This document shows, in pieces, positions 21,001 through 29,495 of a stretch of DNA of 64,000 nucleotides. This DNA comes from a virus. The number at the start of each line of letters is the position of its first letter. Position 1 is the first letter of the stretch. Below the pieces are notes generated by a model. It had not been told where the DNA came from, made no database searches, and saw only the letters and a list, made by a program, of their open reading frames with translations. The stretch spans positions 119,245 through 183,244 of IMG/VR virus record IMGVR_UViG_3300045256_000135, one strand, 5' to 3'. The position numbers and the translations under genes were made by a program.

Positions 21001-22211
21001 GTGTGTTTGTCAACCAGCTGTCTCTTGCAAATCTCTGCTCTGGCGTTCGAATCTCCAACTGCAAGGGAACTGACGTTGTTCAGACCTCCACTTTGTACCA
21101 GGTGCTCTCACTCCTGCTCGAAGGTACAACACTCAATGGCACCTTGAATCTTGTTGGGACTACAAACAAGTTCATCAAGATTAGTAAATGCTCGATTCAG
21201 ACCCTACAGGGCACCTATGACGAGCTTGGCGTCGACAACTCGAGTATTACAACGGTTGAGCCAGGAACAACCAACAACTTCTCCAACGCAAAGTTTTCGC
21301 AATGCACCATTGGTCGAGCTGGTCTCCAGTGGACTTCGGGAAGTCGTTTTGCCATCGAATTTGAGGGGTGTACGTTTACAGCTCTGGTAACAAACAAAGT
21401 AGCTGCGTTCGAAGTAGGTGGTGCGACTCTTTCTCGACCCACTCTGGGGTTGAAGCTGATCAACTGCATCATGCCAGGTGGCCCAGCTCAAGTTACTGCA
21501 GTCTACATTGACAATTGCAGTGACGTATTGATTCAAGGGTCAACCTTTAACGATCAGCGTATCACAGCAGCTGGTGGACCAGTGATCAACGTTGGTCTTG
21601 GTTTTGCTAGCAACCCAGCTCACACCTATGCGGACGTGAAGATTGACGGAAACACGTTTGACGTTACCTCTAACGATGCTGGTCCAGGCATTGCTGACTT
21701 TGGTAACTGGTTGGTGTTGTTCTCCACCCACACGTCAGACCCAGGGCTCTCGTATCCTGGCGGTAGCAAGTTTTCGAACAACACTGTTATTTGCAGAGAA
21801 CCTGCATTCAACAAGCTGCTGTGTGTTCTTCATGTTGGCACAACTCGTGGCTTCCAATGCAGAAACAACAACCTCGCCTATTTAGGAGCTAACGCCAACG
21901 TAAACTGGGCGTCTCCTGCTGGTGGTGGGGCACAAAGCCAGGCAGCTCGGGGTGCACTTTCACCGATTCCAGCATATCCGCTCGCTCTAATCTACGGGTT
22001 GAACACCTACCCAGGAGCGGTGGTTGGCAACCTTGGCAACATGAACACTACCCAGATCTCCGGAAATGCGGTAGCAAATCTTGGAGCTGCCTCAAGATGG
22101 GTTTGTGCTGCCATCTCCGCTGGAGCAAACCTTAACGAGCATAGCAATGCAGTAGGGCCCTATTTCGACTTCTCGGTAATTGGCCAGCCAGATCGTCAAA
22201 TCAACAACTGA
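18048..22211 (+). CDS. Tailspike / fibre protein with C-terminal beta-helix
   Basis: 1387 aa; baseplate-attachment-like N-terminus (GIYAGLAV...GSGYAPNGE), TNPHGLS motif, F-x-x-C-x-F beta-helix rungs. Confidence 0.75.
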   Translation: MRRSLYPDGVLVQQPNLEFTEDSKSEQILVSRTNTWESGIYAGLAVTVNSVNLDRVDLATGSGYAPNGELVVVGSAQLNQSLADTTLGASNLAFVFYTELLTDPEPHETNGLTYPTKAEASFRFRILTPAQFAALPATDPTMTNDAQDRALLVARITATGGNLVQGNIENSVPWRDLKFATVASPGINGVSIRNVSDTTPEGLNGQLIFSVSPNRLQWKAPGEVGPGVAVNVPNEADYTLTALGGSTIVVHVIPSALPIAALTVTVAITGVYSQSVPRMSAADRHHRSLVGTGIPTKTNPHGLSIKDIDPDFVSELTIHQELMHAAGIWRGSSPACLRTDIVEVPGTDYLSIIAPTGDDTYWCEGIRLTSVQNNQVTFTDATPGPTREVFEIFVDDAGIVGKSKRSSFPLVSLLTGVENGLVFLSPSIQAGTYALSWTSNGPGLGGSLKWGTGKPTLVPAGVSSGLFSLFDGEDEVKFFISNVALLPQPAGIYTDNITVNAAVSRDRFVVTAQVFWTGSGTGSLGYTPNRGFVPAKLIDQRLFGNLTAADIRDDALEDVFYKATYEKSCDGVLLGTIDAASVDGSLSPTPAGGLFVDINGYAPVYVRGKRMVVRGAQVAVPNNALSVIYVDVDGNLQVTDLQTAAFLNNGNEVLQLNAEAFVQHGAALAFVGTAGGTILFTVDLRRNLGGGNEAVEPWTVGIAERPGLFTRGAEFFDLSGALLYAAAAGQTALRVLTTRVKNPVIIGPGSMSISDGTILVDNSAVNGSTSLFALTGGVSVTAPGSQLVLRNVKVLPGTGVVNALTCYLVTTAAFTSTVLTGLLVKLDQFGGLIRNAGPNSFGTILENVRCELTTAYSDLILQQVPGQISISGLDLTASTALGTVAVVNASTTLAFTSIAQVRGTGQKLVSGAGSITNLSCTNCSGVRLGSMTSVISDVLFDHCNFVDTTPGSVVNAASVRVQFRGCQFGNSVTLLTASDVWFDSCVFVNQLSLANLCSGVRISNCKGTDVVQTSTLYQVLSLLLEGTTLNGTLNLVGTTNKFIKISKCSIQTLQGTYDELGVDNSSITTVEPGTTNNFSNAKFSQCTIGRAGLQWTSGSRFAIEFEGCTFTALVTNKVAAFEVGGATLSRPTLGLKLINCIMPGGPAQVTAVYIDNCSDVLIQGSTFNDQRITAAGGPVINVGLGFASNPAHTYADVKIDGNTFDVTSNDAGPGIADFGNWLVLFSTHTSDPGLSYPGGSKFSNNTVICREPAFNKLLCVLHVGTTRGFQCRNNNLAYLGANANVNWASPAGGGAQSQAARGALSPIPAYPLALIYGLNTYPGAVVGNLGNMNTTQISGNAVANLGAASRWVCAAISAGANLNEHSNAVGPYFDFSVIGQPDRQINN

Positions 22212-22218
22212 GATCGAC

Positions 22219-22530
22219 ATGCAAAAGGTTGAGTACGCAAATCTGAAGAAACTGCACTTAGTCCTTGGTGAATTGGCTCTGTCTAGACTAGCGCCTTTCC
22301 CGTCAAGAGATCGAGTTCTGCATAACTGGCTCGCAACCGGCAAGTTGGTCTTTACAGAGGATGGTGCAACAGTACACCTGGAGCAAACAGAGCCAAAAAA
22401 GGTGATCCTCGATTACGACGTAGCAAATCACCAGATAATCTGGCACGTTGGTACATTCAGGTGGACGCCACTGATCCCGCCGGAAAAACAGTTGTTAGAC
22501 TTGACTCTAGTCAATGAACAGAACGACTAA
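22219..22530 (+). CDS. Hypothetical protein
   Basis: ATG 22219 just after the tailspike stop; last gene of the structural block. Confidence 0.5.
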   Translation: MQKVEYANLKKLHLVLGELALSRLAPFPSRDRVLHNWLATGKLVFTEDGATVHLEQTEPKKVILDYDVANHQIIWHVGTFRWTPLIPPEKQLLDLTLVNEQND

Positions 22531-22574
22531 GCTATATAGTTAGCTGTAGCATTCTGACTGTTCTAAGTCAATTT

Positions 22575-22621
22575 TCATCGAGCTCCTTGATTTGAGGCGA
22601 AACATCTTTATGATGAACGTT
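22575..22621 (+). promoter_or_regulatory. Repeated early promoter, copy 1
   Basis: TTCATCGAGCTCC-TTGATT(22587)-16 nt-TATGAT(22609); ATG at 22622. Confidence 0.7.
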
Positions 22622-23242
22622 ATGGAGGCCACGATGAAAAAGATCGCAGTACTAGTTGGCCTGCTTAGCGTTTCTGCCTGTACGGCGGACGTGTTTAGCA
22701 GCCCGTGTTCAGAGACCACTTGCACGCCGTCGGAAGAGATTCCGCCCGATGCGAAACTGATCGACGGTTCGCCAGTCCCTCAAGACTACGTTCCGAATTT
22801 CCGTTCAGTGAACGGGTGCAAGGTATGGCACGACTATCGCTATCTAGCGCCGCAAGGTTCTGGAGCGTCTGTCAAGCTGGATTGGGTTCTGCCCCAAAGT
22901 CAACGCTGCGTAATCATCATGTCGGCCACTCTGGTGAAGTTCGTTGGAGCTACCGCTACTAACCAGGTACTTCTCGGAGGTGGTGATCTGGATCCGCAAC
23001 AGTTCCCGATTAAGTTCTTCGAGTATCAAACGGACGATGTTGGCAACCCATTTCAGTGGGTCAGCTTCACGGGTGGGTACCCTGGGGTGTTTGGGTTCGT
23101 CAATCCAAACAACAAGGCAGTTTCTGGTGCAGTGATGGTCTGCATGGGAGATCAGTGGAGCTGGGATGGCCCATGCTACTGCAACCCCGAGCCGTCTGGC
23201 AAGATCACTCACGCTGCCTGCAATCCGGTCGTTGCGAAGTAA
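22622..23242 (+). CDS. Lipoprotein
   Basis: MKKIAVLVGLLSVSA-C signal peptide with lipobox; start 22622 or 22634 (GGAGG upstream of the latter). Confidence 0.7.
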   Translation: MEATMKKIAVLVGLLSVSACTADVFSSPCSETTCTPSEEIPPDAKLIDGSPVPQDYVPNFRSVNGCKVWHDYRYLAPQGSGASVKLDWVLPQSQRCVIIMSATLVKFVGATATNQVLLGGGDLDPQQFPIKFFEYQTDDVGNPFQWVSFTGGYPGVFGFVNPNNKAVSGAVMVCMGDQWSWDGPCYCNPEPSGKITHAACNPVVAK

Positions 23243-23257
23243 GCTGAATCGGATTTC

Positions 23258-23296
23258 GCTCCTTGATTTCACGCCAATCATTATTATGATCATTGT
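23258..23296 (+). promoter_or_regulatory. Repeated early promoter, copy 2 (leaderless)
   Basis: TTGATT(23263)-16-TATGAT(23285)-CATTGT-ATG(23297). Confidence 0.8.
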
Positions 23297-23713
23297 ATGA
23301 CCATCAGAGGATTCCATTTCTCAGACGAGTTGATTGACGCTATCTCAAAACGTTCGATCTCGATGTCGATTGGATGGGAGATAGTTAGCGAGACGAAGAA
23401 TGGATCTGTCCATTATCTCGGGAAGAGGACCCTGCGTAAATCGGTCGCGTCTGAGTTCGGGGTTTGGTATATCGACCCGACGACAAAGAAGCGTAAGTTG
23501 GTCTACGTTATGGTAAAGATTAGCGAATATGCCAATGGGGTGATGCTCCATCTCTACCATGAGATGTTGAATGCCGATCCCGCCACCGAGTGGGCGTTGG
23601 GAGAAACCAAGAGCCAGATCTCGGCTTTGATCTCTGAGTTCGGGAAGAAGATTGAGCCTCGCCAACCCGGTGAGCCTCGGAAGAACCTGGAAGGAGTTTC
23701 GTTCAAATGGTAA
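23297..23713 (+). CDS. Hypothetical early protein
   Basis: 138-aa ORF starting at the promoter-repeat ATG. Confidence 0.65.
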   Translation: MTIRGFHFSDELIDAISKRSISMSIGWEIVSETKNGSVHYLGKRTLRKSVASEFGVWYIDPTTKKRKLVYVMVKISEYANGVMLHLYHEMLNADPATEWALGETKSQISALISEFGKKIEPRQPGEPRKNLEGVSFKW

Positions 23714-24066
23714 ACCAAAGCTGCATCTCTTGCGGTGGGGATGGGAAGATTCAGAACGCAGCTGGAAACCGAGCAACGTGTCCGATGTGCCGTGGATCGG
23801 GGCTTGCTGGTGCGTTCGACGGATGGGGCGTTCGTGATGTAACCAAAACCAAAACTCGGAAGCCGAACAAGGTTGTTCGGCCAGAACGTCCGAAGGCTCC
23901 GACGACTGTTGGTGGTGAAGCACTAGCGACTCTCGTTCAGAACGCAGTGCTTTCAGCCGAAACGAAAGCAAAGCTGGTAAATAGCATCATCGATTTTGAA
24001 ATCGAAAAGGGCTCCATTACCGAGACCTTCCGCAAGAAGCTGATGAAGCAGATTCGAGGAAAATGA
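23707..24066 (+). CDS. DnaJ-type zinc-finger protein (no J domain)
   Basis: CISCGGDG...CPMCRGSG: two CxxCxGxG repeats. Confidence 0.65.
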   Translation: MVNQSCISCGGDGKIQNAAGNRATCPMCRGSGLAGAFDGWGVRDVTKTKTRKPNKVVRPERPKAPTTVGGEALATLVQNAVLSAETKAKLVNSIIDFEIEKGSITETFRKKLMKQIRGK

Positions 24067-24671
24067 CGTTCCAACCTCTCGATCTCCAAACGTACATCGC
24101 CAAGCGGCTGGATCAGGAGCTGAACTTCGATAAGAGTTCTGAGCTTGATCAGTGTCTCTACATTCGCGATAAACTCGCCCAACCACTTGGCTACCAGCAG
24201 ATCTACCAAGGTCAGAAAGAAGGCGAGTTGGCCCGCTATGGCAGATCGGAGTCTGCAACTGCCTCTGCCAGAGTCATTTCGGAACATCGATCAAAAAGCT
24301 GTACGCTACCAGTCGTTGATATCATACACGATTCTGGTCTGACTCTGACCGTTCGTCAGAACTTCTACAACTGGAAGCTGTCAGTGGTATCCCCGAAGCA
24401 TCTGTCAGAGCATCTGTCAGAGCATCTGTTTGATGGGCTCTGTCACACCACCCCACCGGTGGATCCGGAATATACGGGTAACCCGCTGAACCCAGTGTAC
24501 TTCGAGGGTTTCCCTAGTGACAAGATCTATGGGTACTTTTCGCAGGATCGATCTCGATTCTCCCTGGAGCTTTGGCAACTCGACGGGATTCAGATTGCAC
24601 TGTTTCTGATCATGCGAGAGCTTGGGCTTCGTCCGGCTCTGATCTGGTCAAGTCGTAAGAAGGAGACGTGA
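24063..24671 (+). CDS. Hypothetical protein
   Basis: 202-aa ORF coupled by ATGA. Confidence 0.65.
   Translation: MTFQPLDLQTYIAKRLDQELNFDKSSELDQCLYIRDKLAQPLGYQQIYQGQKEGELARYGRSESATASARVISEHRSKSCTLPVVDIIHDSGLTLTVRQNFYNWKLSVVSPKHLSEHLSEHLFDGLCHTTPPVDPEYTGNPLNPVYFEGFPSDKIYGYFSQDRSRFSLELWQLDGIQIALFLIMRELGLRPALIWSSRKKET
24397..24429 (+). repeat. 12-bp in-frame tandem repeat AGCATCTGTCAG x2.75
   Basis: Read directly; encodes HLSE-HLSE-HL. Confidence 0.85.
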
Positions 24672-24676
24672 AATAT

Positions 24677-24723
24677 TTCATCGTGCTCCTTGATTTCGCA
24701 ACGATCATTATTATGATCATTGT
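24677..24723 (+). promoter_or_regulatory. Repeated early promoter, copy 3 (leadered variant)
   Basis: TTGATT(24690)-16-TATGAT(24712)-CATTGT-ATA; the downstream gene has an AGGA Shine-Dalgarno instead. Confidence 0.8.
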
Positions 24724-24761
24724 ATAAGGGAAGTAGGATCCCTCAACAAAAGGAAAAGACA

Positions 24762-25013
24762 ATGACGACGGAAATGATGACTGAGGCCCAGACGACGGAG
24801 ACGACGGAGACGACGGAGACGACGGAGACGGTGGAAAAGAAGCAGCGGAAGTCTCCGACTCCGAAGAAAGTGGCTTGCGGAAAGTGCGGGACCGTTCGGA
24901 ACTCTCAGGCGATGCGCGCCTCGGTGGATCCGAACGGGGTTCGGTCGTACGAGTGCAAGAAGTGCCCAACCGAGCCGGTTGGTGCTGATGCTCAGGTGAA
25001 GGTGGCAGAATGA
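24762..25013 (+). CDS. Small zinc-ribbon protein with TTE repeats
   Basis: AGGAAAAG SD then ATG 24762; CGKC...CKKC. Confidence 0.65.
   Translation: MTTEMMTEAQTTETTETTETTETVEKKQRKSPTPKKVACGKCGTVRNSQAMRASVDPNGVRSYECKKCPTEPVGADAQVKVAE
24791..24830 (+). repeat. 9-bp tandem repeat GACGACGGA x4.4
   Basis: Read directly; encodes (TTE)4. Confidence 0.9.
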
Positions 25014-25945
25014 TGCCAGAGAAAAGGGGAACGTTCCGGGTTGATCGCGCTCTCGGCGTTTTCCTCGGAGGAGCACTCGGAGATGCACTGGGTGCTCCAT
25101 ACGAATTCAAGTCTCGCTCGCTTGATCCAGTACCACTCCATATGAACGGTGGTGGGTCTTTCAATTGGAGAGAGGGTGAGACGACGGACGATACTGAGAT
25201 GGCGATGGGGGTCGCCAAGATGTATCTGCAAACGAACGGACTGTACAGCGAGCAAGAGCTGAAAGCTAACTGGCTCGCCTGGATTGACACTCATCCAAGA
25301 GACGTTGGGGCTTGGACCCGGCACGCAATGGGTGGTCTTCGTCGCGGTCAGCATCCAAAGCAGTTGTGGCAAGCAGCTGGTAGGAAAGATGCTGGTAACG
25401 GTGGCGTGATGAGGGCTTGGGTGACGCCATTGGTTCGGAGAACGTGGAAACAAATCGAGCGCGATACGGTTCGAATCTGCGAATTGTCTCACCCCGATCC
25501 GCGTTGTGTAGCAAGCTGCATTGCAGTCCATTCAGCGATCCACGAAATGATCGCCGGGCGGAACAACTTACGAGCCATCGTAACGAAAGCAGCTATCCGA
25601 GCACGGGAATACAGCGAAGAAACTTCTGATGCAGTGGTGTCAGCTCTAGTGACTAAGCCACTGGAGTTCCACAACTCGGGGTACACGGTTGGAACTGTTC
25701 ACAGTGCATTCACTGCGCTGGTTACGACTCAGTCGTACGAAGATTGCCTCCGAGCGGTCTGCCAAGTCGGAAACGACGCTGACTCTGTCGGAGCGGTTGC
25801 TGGCGCACTAGCTGGTGCGTATTACGGCTACACTGAGATCCCCAAAGAGCTTGTATCGAAGCTTCGCGGGTCTGGTTCGTGGTATCATTTCACCGAAGTG
25901 GACTACCTTCGAACGGCGATTCGTCTTCTCTCCATTCGCAACTAA
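25010..25945 (+). CDS. ADP-ribosylglycohydrolase (DraG/ARH family)
   Basis: GGALGDALG, TTDDTEM, GNGGVMR, SHPDPR and DADSVGAVAGALAGA motifs. Confidence 0.92.
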   Translation: MMPEKRGTFRVDRALGVFLGGALGDALGAPYEFKSRSLDPVPLHMNGGGSFNWREGETTDDTEMAMGVAKMYLQTNGLYSEQELKANWLAWIDTHPRDVGAWTRHAMGGLRRGQHPKQLWQAAGRKDAGNGGVMRAWVTPLVRRTWKQIERDTVRICELSHPDPRCVASCIAVHSAIHEMIAGRNNLRAIVTKAAIRAREYSEETSDAVVSALVTKPLEFHNSGYTVGTVHSAFTALVTTQSYEDCLRAVCQVGNDADSVGAVAGALAGAYYGYTEIPKELVSKLRGSGSWYHFTEVDYLRTAIRLLSIRN

Positions 25946-25962
25946 TTCATCGAGCCCCAATT

Positions 25963-26259
25963 ATGGCAAGTTACAAACAGTTCATGGATCGCTACGCTCT
26001 TGTTCTTGAAGCTTGCGTCCGCCGACTGCAACATCTCAAAGGCAAGTTTGCAACTCGTAGGGAGCTTGCTCAATGGGTCGCAGGCGATCTGCCTACCCTG
26101 TATGCCAAGACGTTCTGCAACGGACGTGAGCGTAGTTCCGAGAAGCTCCACGTGAAGGTGTGGCGGGTCCAGCAGATGCTTTCGACTGCCGTGTTCCTCG
26201 GAGCGGTTCGTGGTAAGGGGATGCAGTCAGTCATCCGAGTGGTTCGGAAAGCTGGGTGA
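25963..26259 (+). CDS. Hypothetical basic protein
   Basis: ATG 25963 (MASYKQF...) after the ARH stop; preceded by a TTCATCGAGC remnant of the promoter repeat. Confidence 0.55.
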   Translation: MASYKQFMDRYALVLEACVRRLQHLKGKFATRRELAQWVAGDLPTLYAKTFCNGRERSSEKLHVKVWRVQQMLSTAVFLGAVRGKGMQSVIRVVRKAG

Positions 26260-26280
26260 TCTCTTAGCACAATCTTGTTC

Positions 26281-26321
26281 GAGCTCCTTGATTTCTCTAC
26301 AATCATCATTATGATCATTGT
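26281..26321 (+). promoter_or_regulatory. Repeated early promoter, copy 4 (leaderless)
   Basis: TTGATT(26288)-16-TATGAT(26310)-CATTGT-ATG(26322). Confidence 0.8.
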
Positions 26322-26518
26322 ATGGAACAATCCAAGTATATCGAATCTCTCCGGTTCGTTCGAAAAGACGATCAAAAGGTTTCACTGTAACGAATTACGG
26401 GCACTGGACCGACATTGTTTCGCCTGATGGTGAGACAGATCGGGTGAAGTGGTTCGGTCCAGAAGAGTTCGGTTACGTTGGGGTCCAGGGTAACGTCTAC
26501 AACAAGGTGGAGGTGTAA
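26322..26518 (+). pseudogene. Frameshifted small early gene
   Basis: ATG 26322 gives a 22-aa peptide MEQSKYIESLRFVRKDDQKVSL*; the -1 frame continues FTVTNYGHWTD... to TAA 26518. Confidence 0.5.
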
Positions 26519-26519
26519 C

Positions 26520-26903
26520 ATGGCTGGTCTGATTAAGGGCTCGCAGCAGACGAAGTTGACGAAAGAGGGCCTGTCGCCTTATAAGCGCCCAGTCCTTCAG
26601 AAGCTGCTGGAAACCGCGGTTCGAGACACTATCAAGCAGCTGGGAATTACCCGGGAGCAACGCGATCAGCATCGAGTGTATCGAGCGCTGATCCGAATGT
26701 CGGCTCGAATCGCTCTGTTCATGGGTTACAGTCTTTCCGAGCACTTGGTGCTCGTAACCGAGCTGTACGAGAAGTGCCGACTCGAATTCGAAGCCCAGCA
26801 AAAGTCACTTCCGGCGAGCAAGGTGACGTTCCAGAACGCTGTGTTGAGTTCCGAGCACTTGAAGGAGCTGCTCCAAGCAGAGACGAAGAAGCTGGGGAAG
26901 TGA
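26520..26903 (+). CDS. Hypothetical protein
   Basis: GGAGG SD before ATG 26520. Confidence 0.65.
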   Translation: MAGLIKGSQQTKLTKEGLSPYKRPVLQKLLETAVRDTIKQLGITREQRDQHRVYRALIRMSARIALFMGYSLSEHLVLVTELYEKCRLEFEAQQKSLPASKVTFQNAVLSSEHLKELLQAETKKLGK

Positions 26904-27304
26904 TGGTTGATTTCGACAAGTTTGCGGGTGGTTATCGAGATCAGCCAGTGGTTGTTCGCGAGCTCGACAAACCCATCCCGTGGTATCGCAGGTTTCTTAG
27001 CACTCTCGCTGCCAGGTTGCAAAGTCCCTGGTCAGCGTTTAAGGCAGTGCTACGTATGGGGCTGTGGTATAACCATAAAGGGTTGTTTGTGGCTCCGCCT
27101 ATGCCACCGATGTCTCTGTGGAGTAATCCGCGAATCTTTCGGAAGAGGCAAGCCCAGCTTAAACAAGAGCTGCAAGAGATGCGATTGTCGATCAAATCGC
27201 TTAACGCGATCAATGACGAATTCCTTCGTGGGATCTCTAGCAGTCGTGTGAAAACAGTGGAACGCATTCAGGAGCGTATTCGTGAGCAACGAAAGCGTCG
27301 TTAA
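26903..27304 (+). CDS. Hypothetical protein with C-terminal coiled coil
   Basis: TGATG coupling to the preceding gene. Confidence 0.55.
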   Translation: MVDFDKFAGGYRDQPVVVRELDKPIPWYRRFLSTLAARLQSPWSAFKAVLRMGLWYNHKGLFVAPPMPPMSLWSNPRIFRKRQAQLKQELQEMRLSIKSLNAINDEFLRGISSSRVKTVERIQERIREQRKRR

Positions 27305-28370
27305 GCATCTCCAAGAGATTGCAGAGCTTCTGTTCCTTGCAAAAGAGGATCAGCGAGGCTATGCGTACGCTAAGGCCGCGAATAGTATCAAGGCTTCTGA
27401 GAAGTTGGTCACGCCAGCAATCAAGCCAGGAGAGCTGAAGTACGTTGGACCGTCCATTGTTGCTGTAGTTCTCGAGTTTCTCGAAACCGGTACGAGTAGC
27501 ACTTTCGAGAAGCTTTCTTCGACCGTGGAACGCCCACCTGCCGATATTAGCGCTGAGCTACAGAAGATCCAAGGGGTTGGTCCGGTGAAGGCCATGACCT
27601 TGTGGAAAGCAGGATTCAAAACCATTGCCGACGTGGAAGCCGCGTTAGCATCCGGAGCTCTAAAAGACGAGCGTCTCAAGAAGTCTGTGGAGTACGCTAA
27701 AAACCAATCTGAGCGGATTCCGTTCCACAAGGCATATAGTTTAGCTGCACCGATCCTCGACAAGGTAAAGTCGATCTGTACCAGCGATGGTCGTAGTCTT
27801 ATCCAGGAAGCAGAGTACGCTGGCTCCCTCCGTCGAAGAAAAGAGACGGTAAAGGACATCGACATCCTATGCTCGATCGCTACAGATTGGGACCGAAATC
27901 TAGTTCGGGAGCACATCAAGACGTTCTGGCCGAACGATATCATTGCTGATGGTGTGAGTCGAACTCGGCTTCGGATTACCGATCGCCAGTGTGATATCAT
28001 CTACACGCAGCCGAACACGTGGGGAGCTGCACTTCAGTATCTGACTGGCAGTGCTGATTTCAACGTTCGACTACGTGCCTATGCAAAGACGCTGCATTTC
28101 AAGGTAAGCGAGTACCAGCTTCTCCGCTACCCCGGAACGCCACATGAAGAGAAGCACGATGTCCCATCTGAGCAAGCGTTGTTTGAGAAGCTTGGGATCT
28201 GGTATGTCGAGCCCCATGATCGCGAAGGAGTTCGAAACCTCGAGCTAGCTATCGCTCTGAAGGAGATGCGTCAAGTGCCGGATATGACGTTCGACAAGGC
28301 AATCTGGCTTCGAACGAATCTAGGTATATGTACTCCAGCGGAGCTGAAAGCTCACCAGGAATCGACATGA
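27282..28370 (+). CDS. polX: DNA polymerase family X (no PHP domain)
   Basis: AYAKAA 8-kDa domain, HhH GVGP motif, AGSLRRRKETVKDIDIL, LQYLTGSADFN. Confidence 0.92.
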   Translation: MSNESVVKHLQEIAELLFLAKEDQRGYAYAKAANSIKASEKLVTPAIKPGELKYVGPSIVAVVLEFLETGTSSTFEKLSSTVERPPADISAELQKIQGVGPVKAMTLWKAGFKTIADVEAALASGALKDERLKKSVEYAKNQSERIPFHKAYSLAAPILDKVKSICTSDGRSLIQEAEYAGSLRRRKETVKDIDILCSIATDWDRNLVREHIKTFWPNDIIADGVSRTRLRITDRQCDIIYTQPNTWGAALQYLTGSADFNVRLRAYAKTLHFKVSEYQLLRYPGTPHEEKHDVPSEQALFEKLGIWYVEPHDREGVRNLELAIALKEMRQVPDMTFDKAIWLRTNLGICTPAELKAHQEST

Positions 28371-28552
28371 CTAAGTCAGAGAAGACGTGTCTCAATTGCT
28401 TGCATCGGTGCATGGATATGGATATGGATCCGTATTGCTCTGCTGTTAACCAGCCTTGGGGGTTGGTTTTGCGTCAGGGCAAACCAGAAGACTGCGGATC
28501 AGAGTCCAAACTATGGGAGAAGGATACACGTGGGAACAGTCCTGCTGGTTGA
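28367..28552 (+). CDS. Small Cys-rich protein
   Basis: CLNCLHRC...YC...C; ATGA coupled. Confidence 0.55.
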   Translation: MTKSEKTCLNCLHRCMDMDMDPYCSAVNQPWGLVLRQGKPEDCGSESKLWEKDTRGNSPAG

Positions 28553-29495
28553 CGGTAATCCGCTCGTATGGCGGAGCGTGGACATCTACAAGAATCTCAG
28601 AACGAAGACCGGAAAAGCTACAGGAGCTATCTACGGAGCGTTCGAGATTCTCTTTAGAGCAATCGACCACGTAAAGCCAGACTCGATCGTAGTGACGTGG
28701 GATGTTGGTAAGTCTCGGTGGCGAAGGGCCTTGTCTCCAGACTATAAAGCCTCTAGAGAGGCGAGGAAGCCGAACGACGGTGGGTTGCCGTTTGAAGAGA
28801 TCATCCCTCAGTTCAGTGACATTCAGAGGCTGCTTATGCTCGCCGGGATTCCGCAGTTTGGGATCCAAGGTGTTGAAGCCGACGATCTCATTGGTTTGCT
28901 AGCATCCGGCTTAGCAAAAAGTCAATCACATGACATTGTGATCTTGTCGTCTGATGGAGATCTCAATCAGCTGCTCTCAGAGAAAGTCCGTCAGTATGAC
29001 TCAGTTGGGAAACGGTGGGTTGACCTTGAGAAGGTCAAAGAGGTCTACAATGGTCTCACTCCAGCTCAGCTAATTGAGCTGAAAGCAATTACAGGTGATG
29101 GTGGTGATGACATTAAGGGTGTGAAGGGTATCGGCCCTTCCGGAGCTCACAAGCTGTTGACGACTTTTGGCTCTTTGGATGCGTGCTTGGATGATGCGAA
29201 CCAAGCTCAGATCTCAAGTCTTGGGAAACGCCTTGCTGCATTTACCGAGGCTAGGGATACGGTCAAGCTTGCTCGGAAGCTTGTGACCATCACCACCGTT
29301 GATAACTACAAAGAGTTCTTGTCTGCTGAAGAGATTGCTGTTTTCGTAACACTCCTCAGAACGAAAGTTGAGCCAAATCGTTTCAGCTTTTCGCAGGTTG
29401 CAGATTCCCTTGAGCTCGAGCGGGTGAATCGACGGGCGGGCTTGCTTTTTGTCCCTAGTCCGGAATTAGAGCAGGTTTCGCAATGGTTTATGTAG
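28530..29495 (+). CDS. 5'-3' exonuclease / flap endonuclease (PolI N-terminal family)
   Basis: LLVDGN, WRRALSPDYKASR, GVEADDLIG, SSDGDLNQ, GDGGDDIKGVKGIGP. Confidence 0.92.
   Translation: MGTVLLVDGNPLVWRSVDIYKNLRTKTGKATGAIYGAFEILFRAIDHVKPDSIVVTWDVGKSRWRRALSPDYKASREARKPNDGGLPFEEIIPQFSDIQRLLMLAGIPQFGIQGVEADDLIGLLASGLAKSQSHDIVILSSDGDLNQLLSEKVRQYDSVGKRWVDLEKVKEVYNGLTPAQLIELKAITGDGGDDIKGVKGIGPSGAHKLLTTFGSLDACLDDANQAQISSLGKRLAAFTEARDTVKLARKLVTITTVDNYKEFLSAEEIAVFVTLLRTKVEPNRFSFSQVADSLELERVNRRAGLLFVPSPELEQVSQWFM

Noticed and set aside
4177-22211. Diversity-generating retroelement or invertible tail-fibre cassette
   Set aside because: No reverse transcriptase or invertase and no near-identical nucleotide repeats noticed by eye; similarity among the RBPs is only at the diverged protein level.
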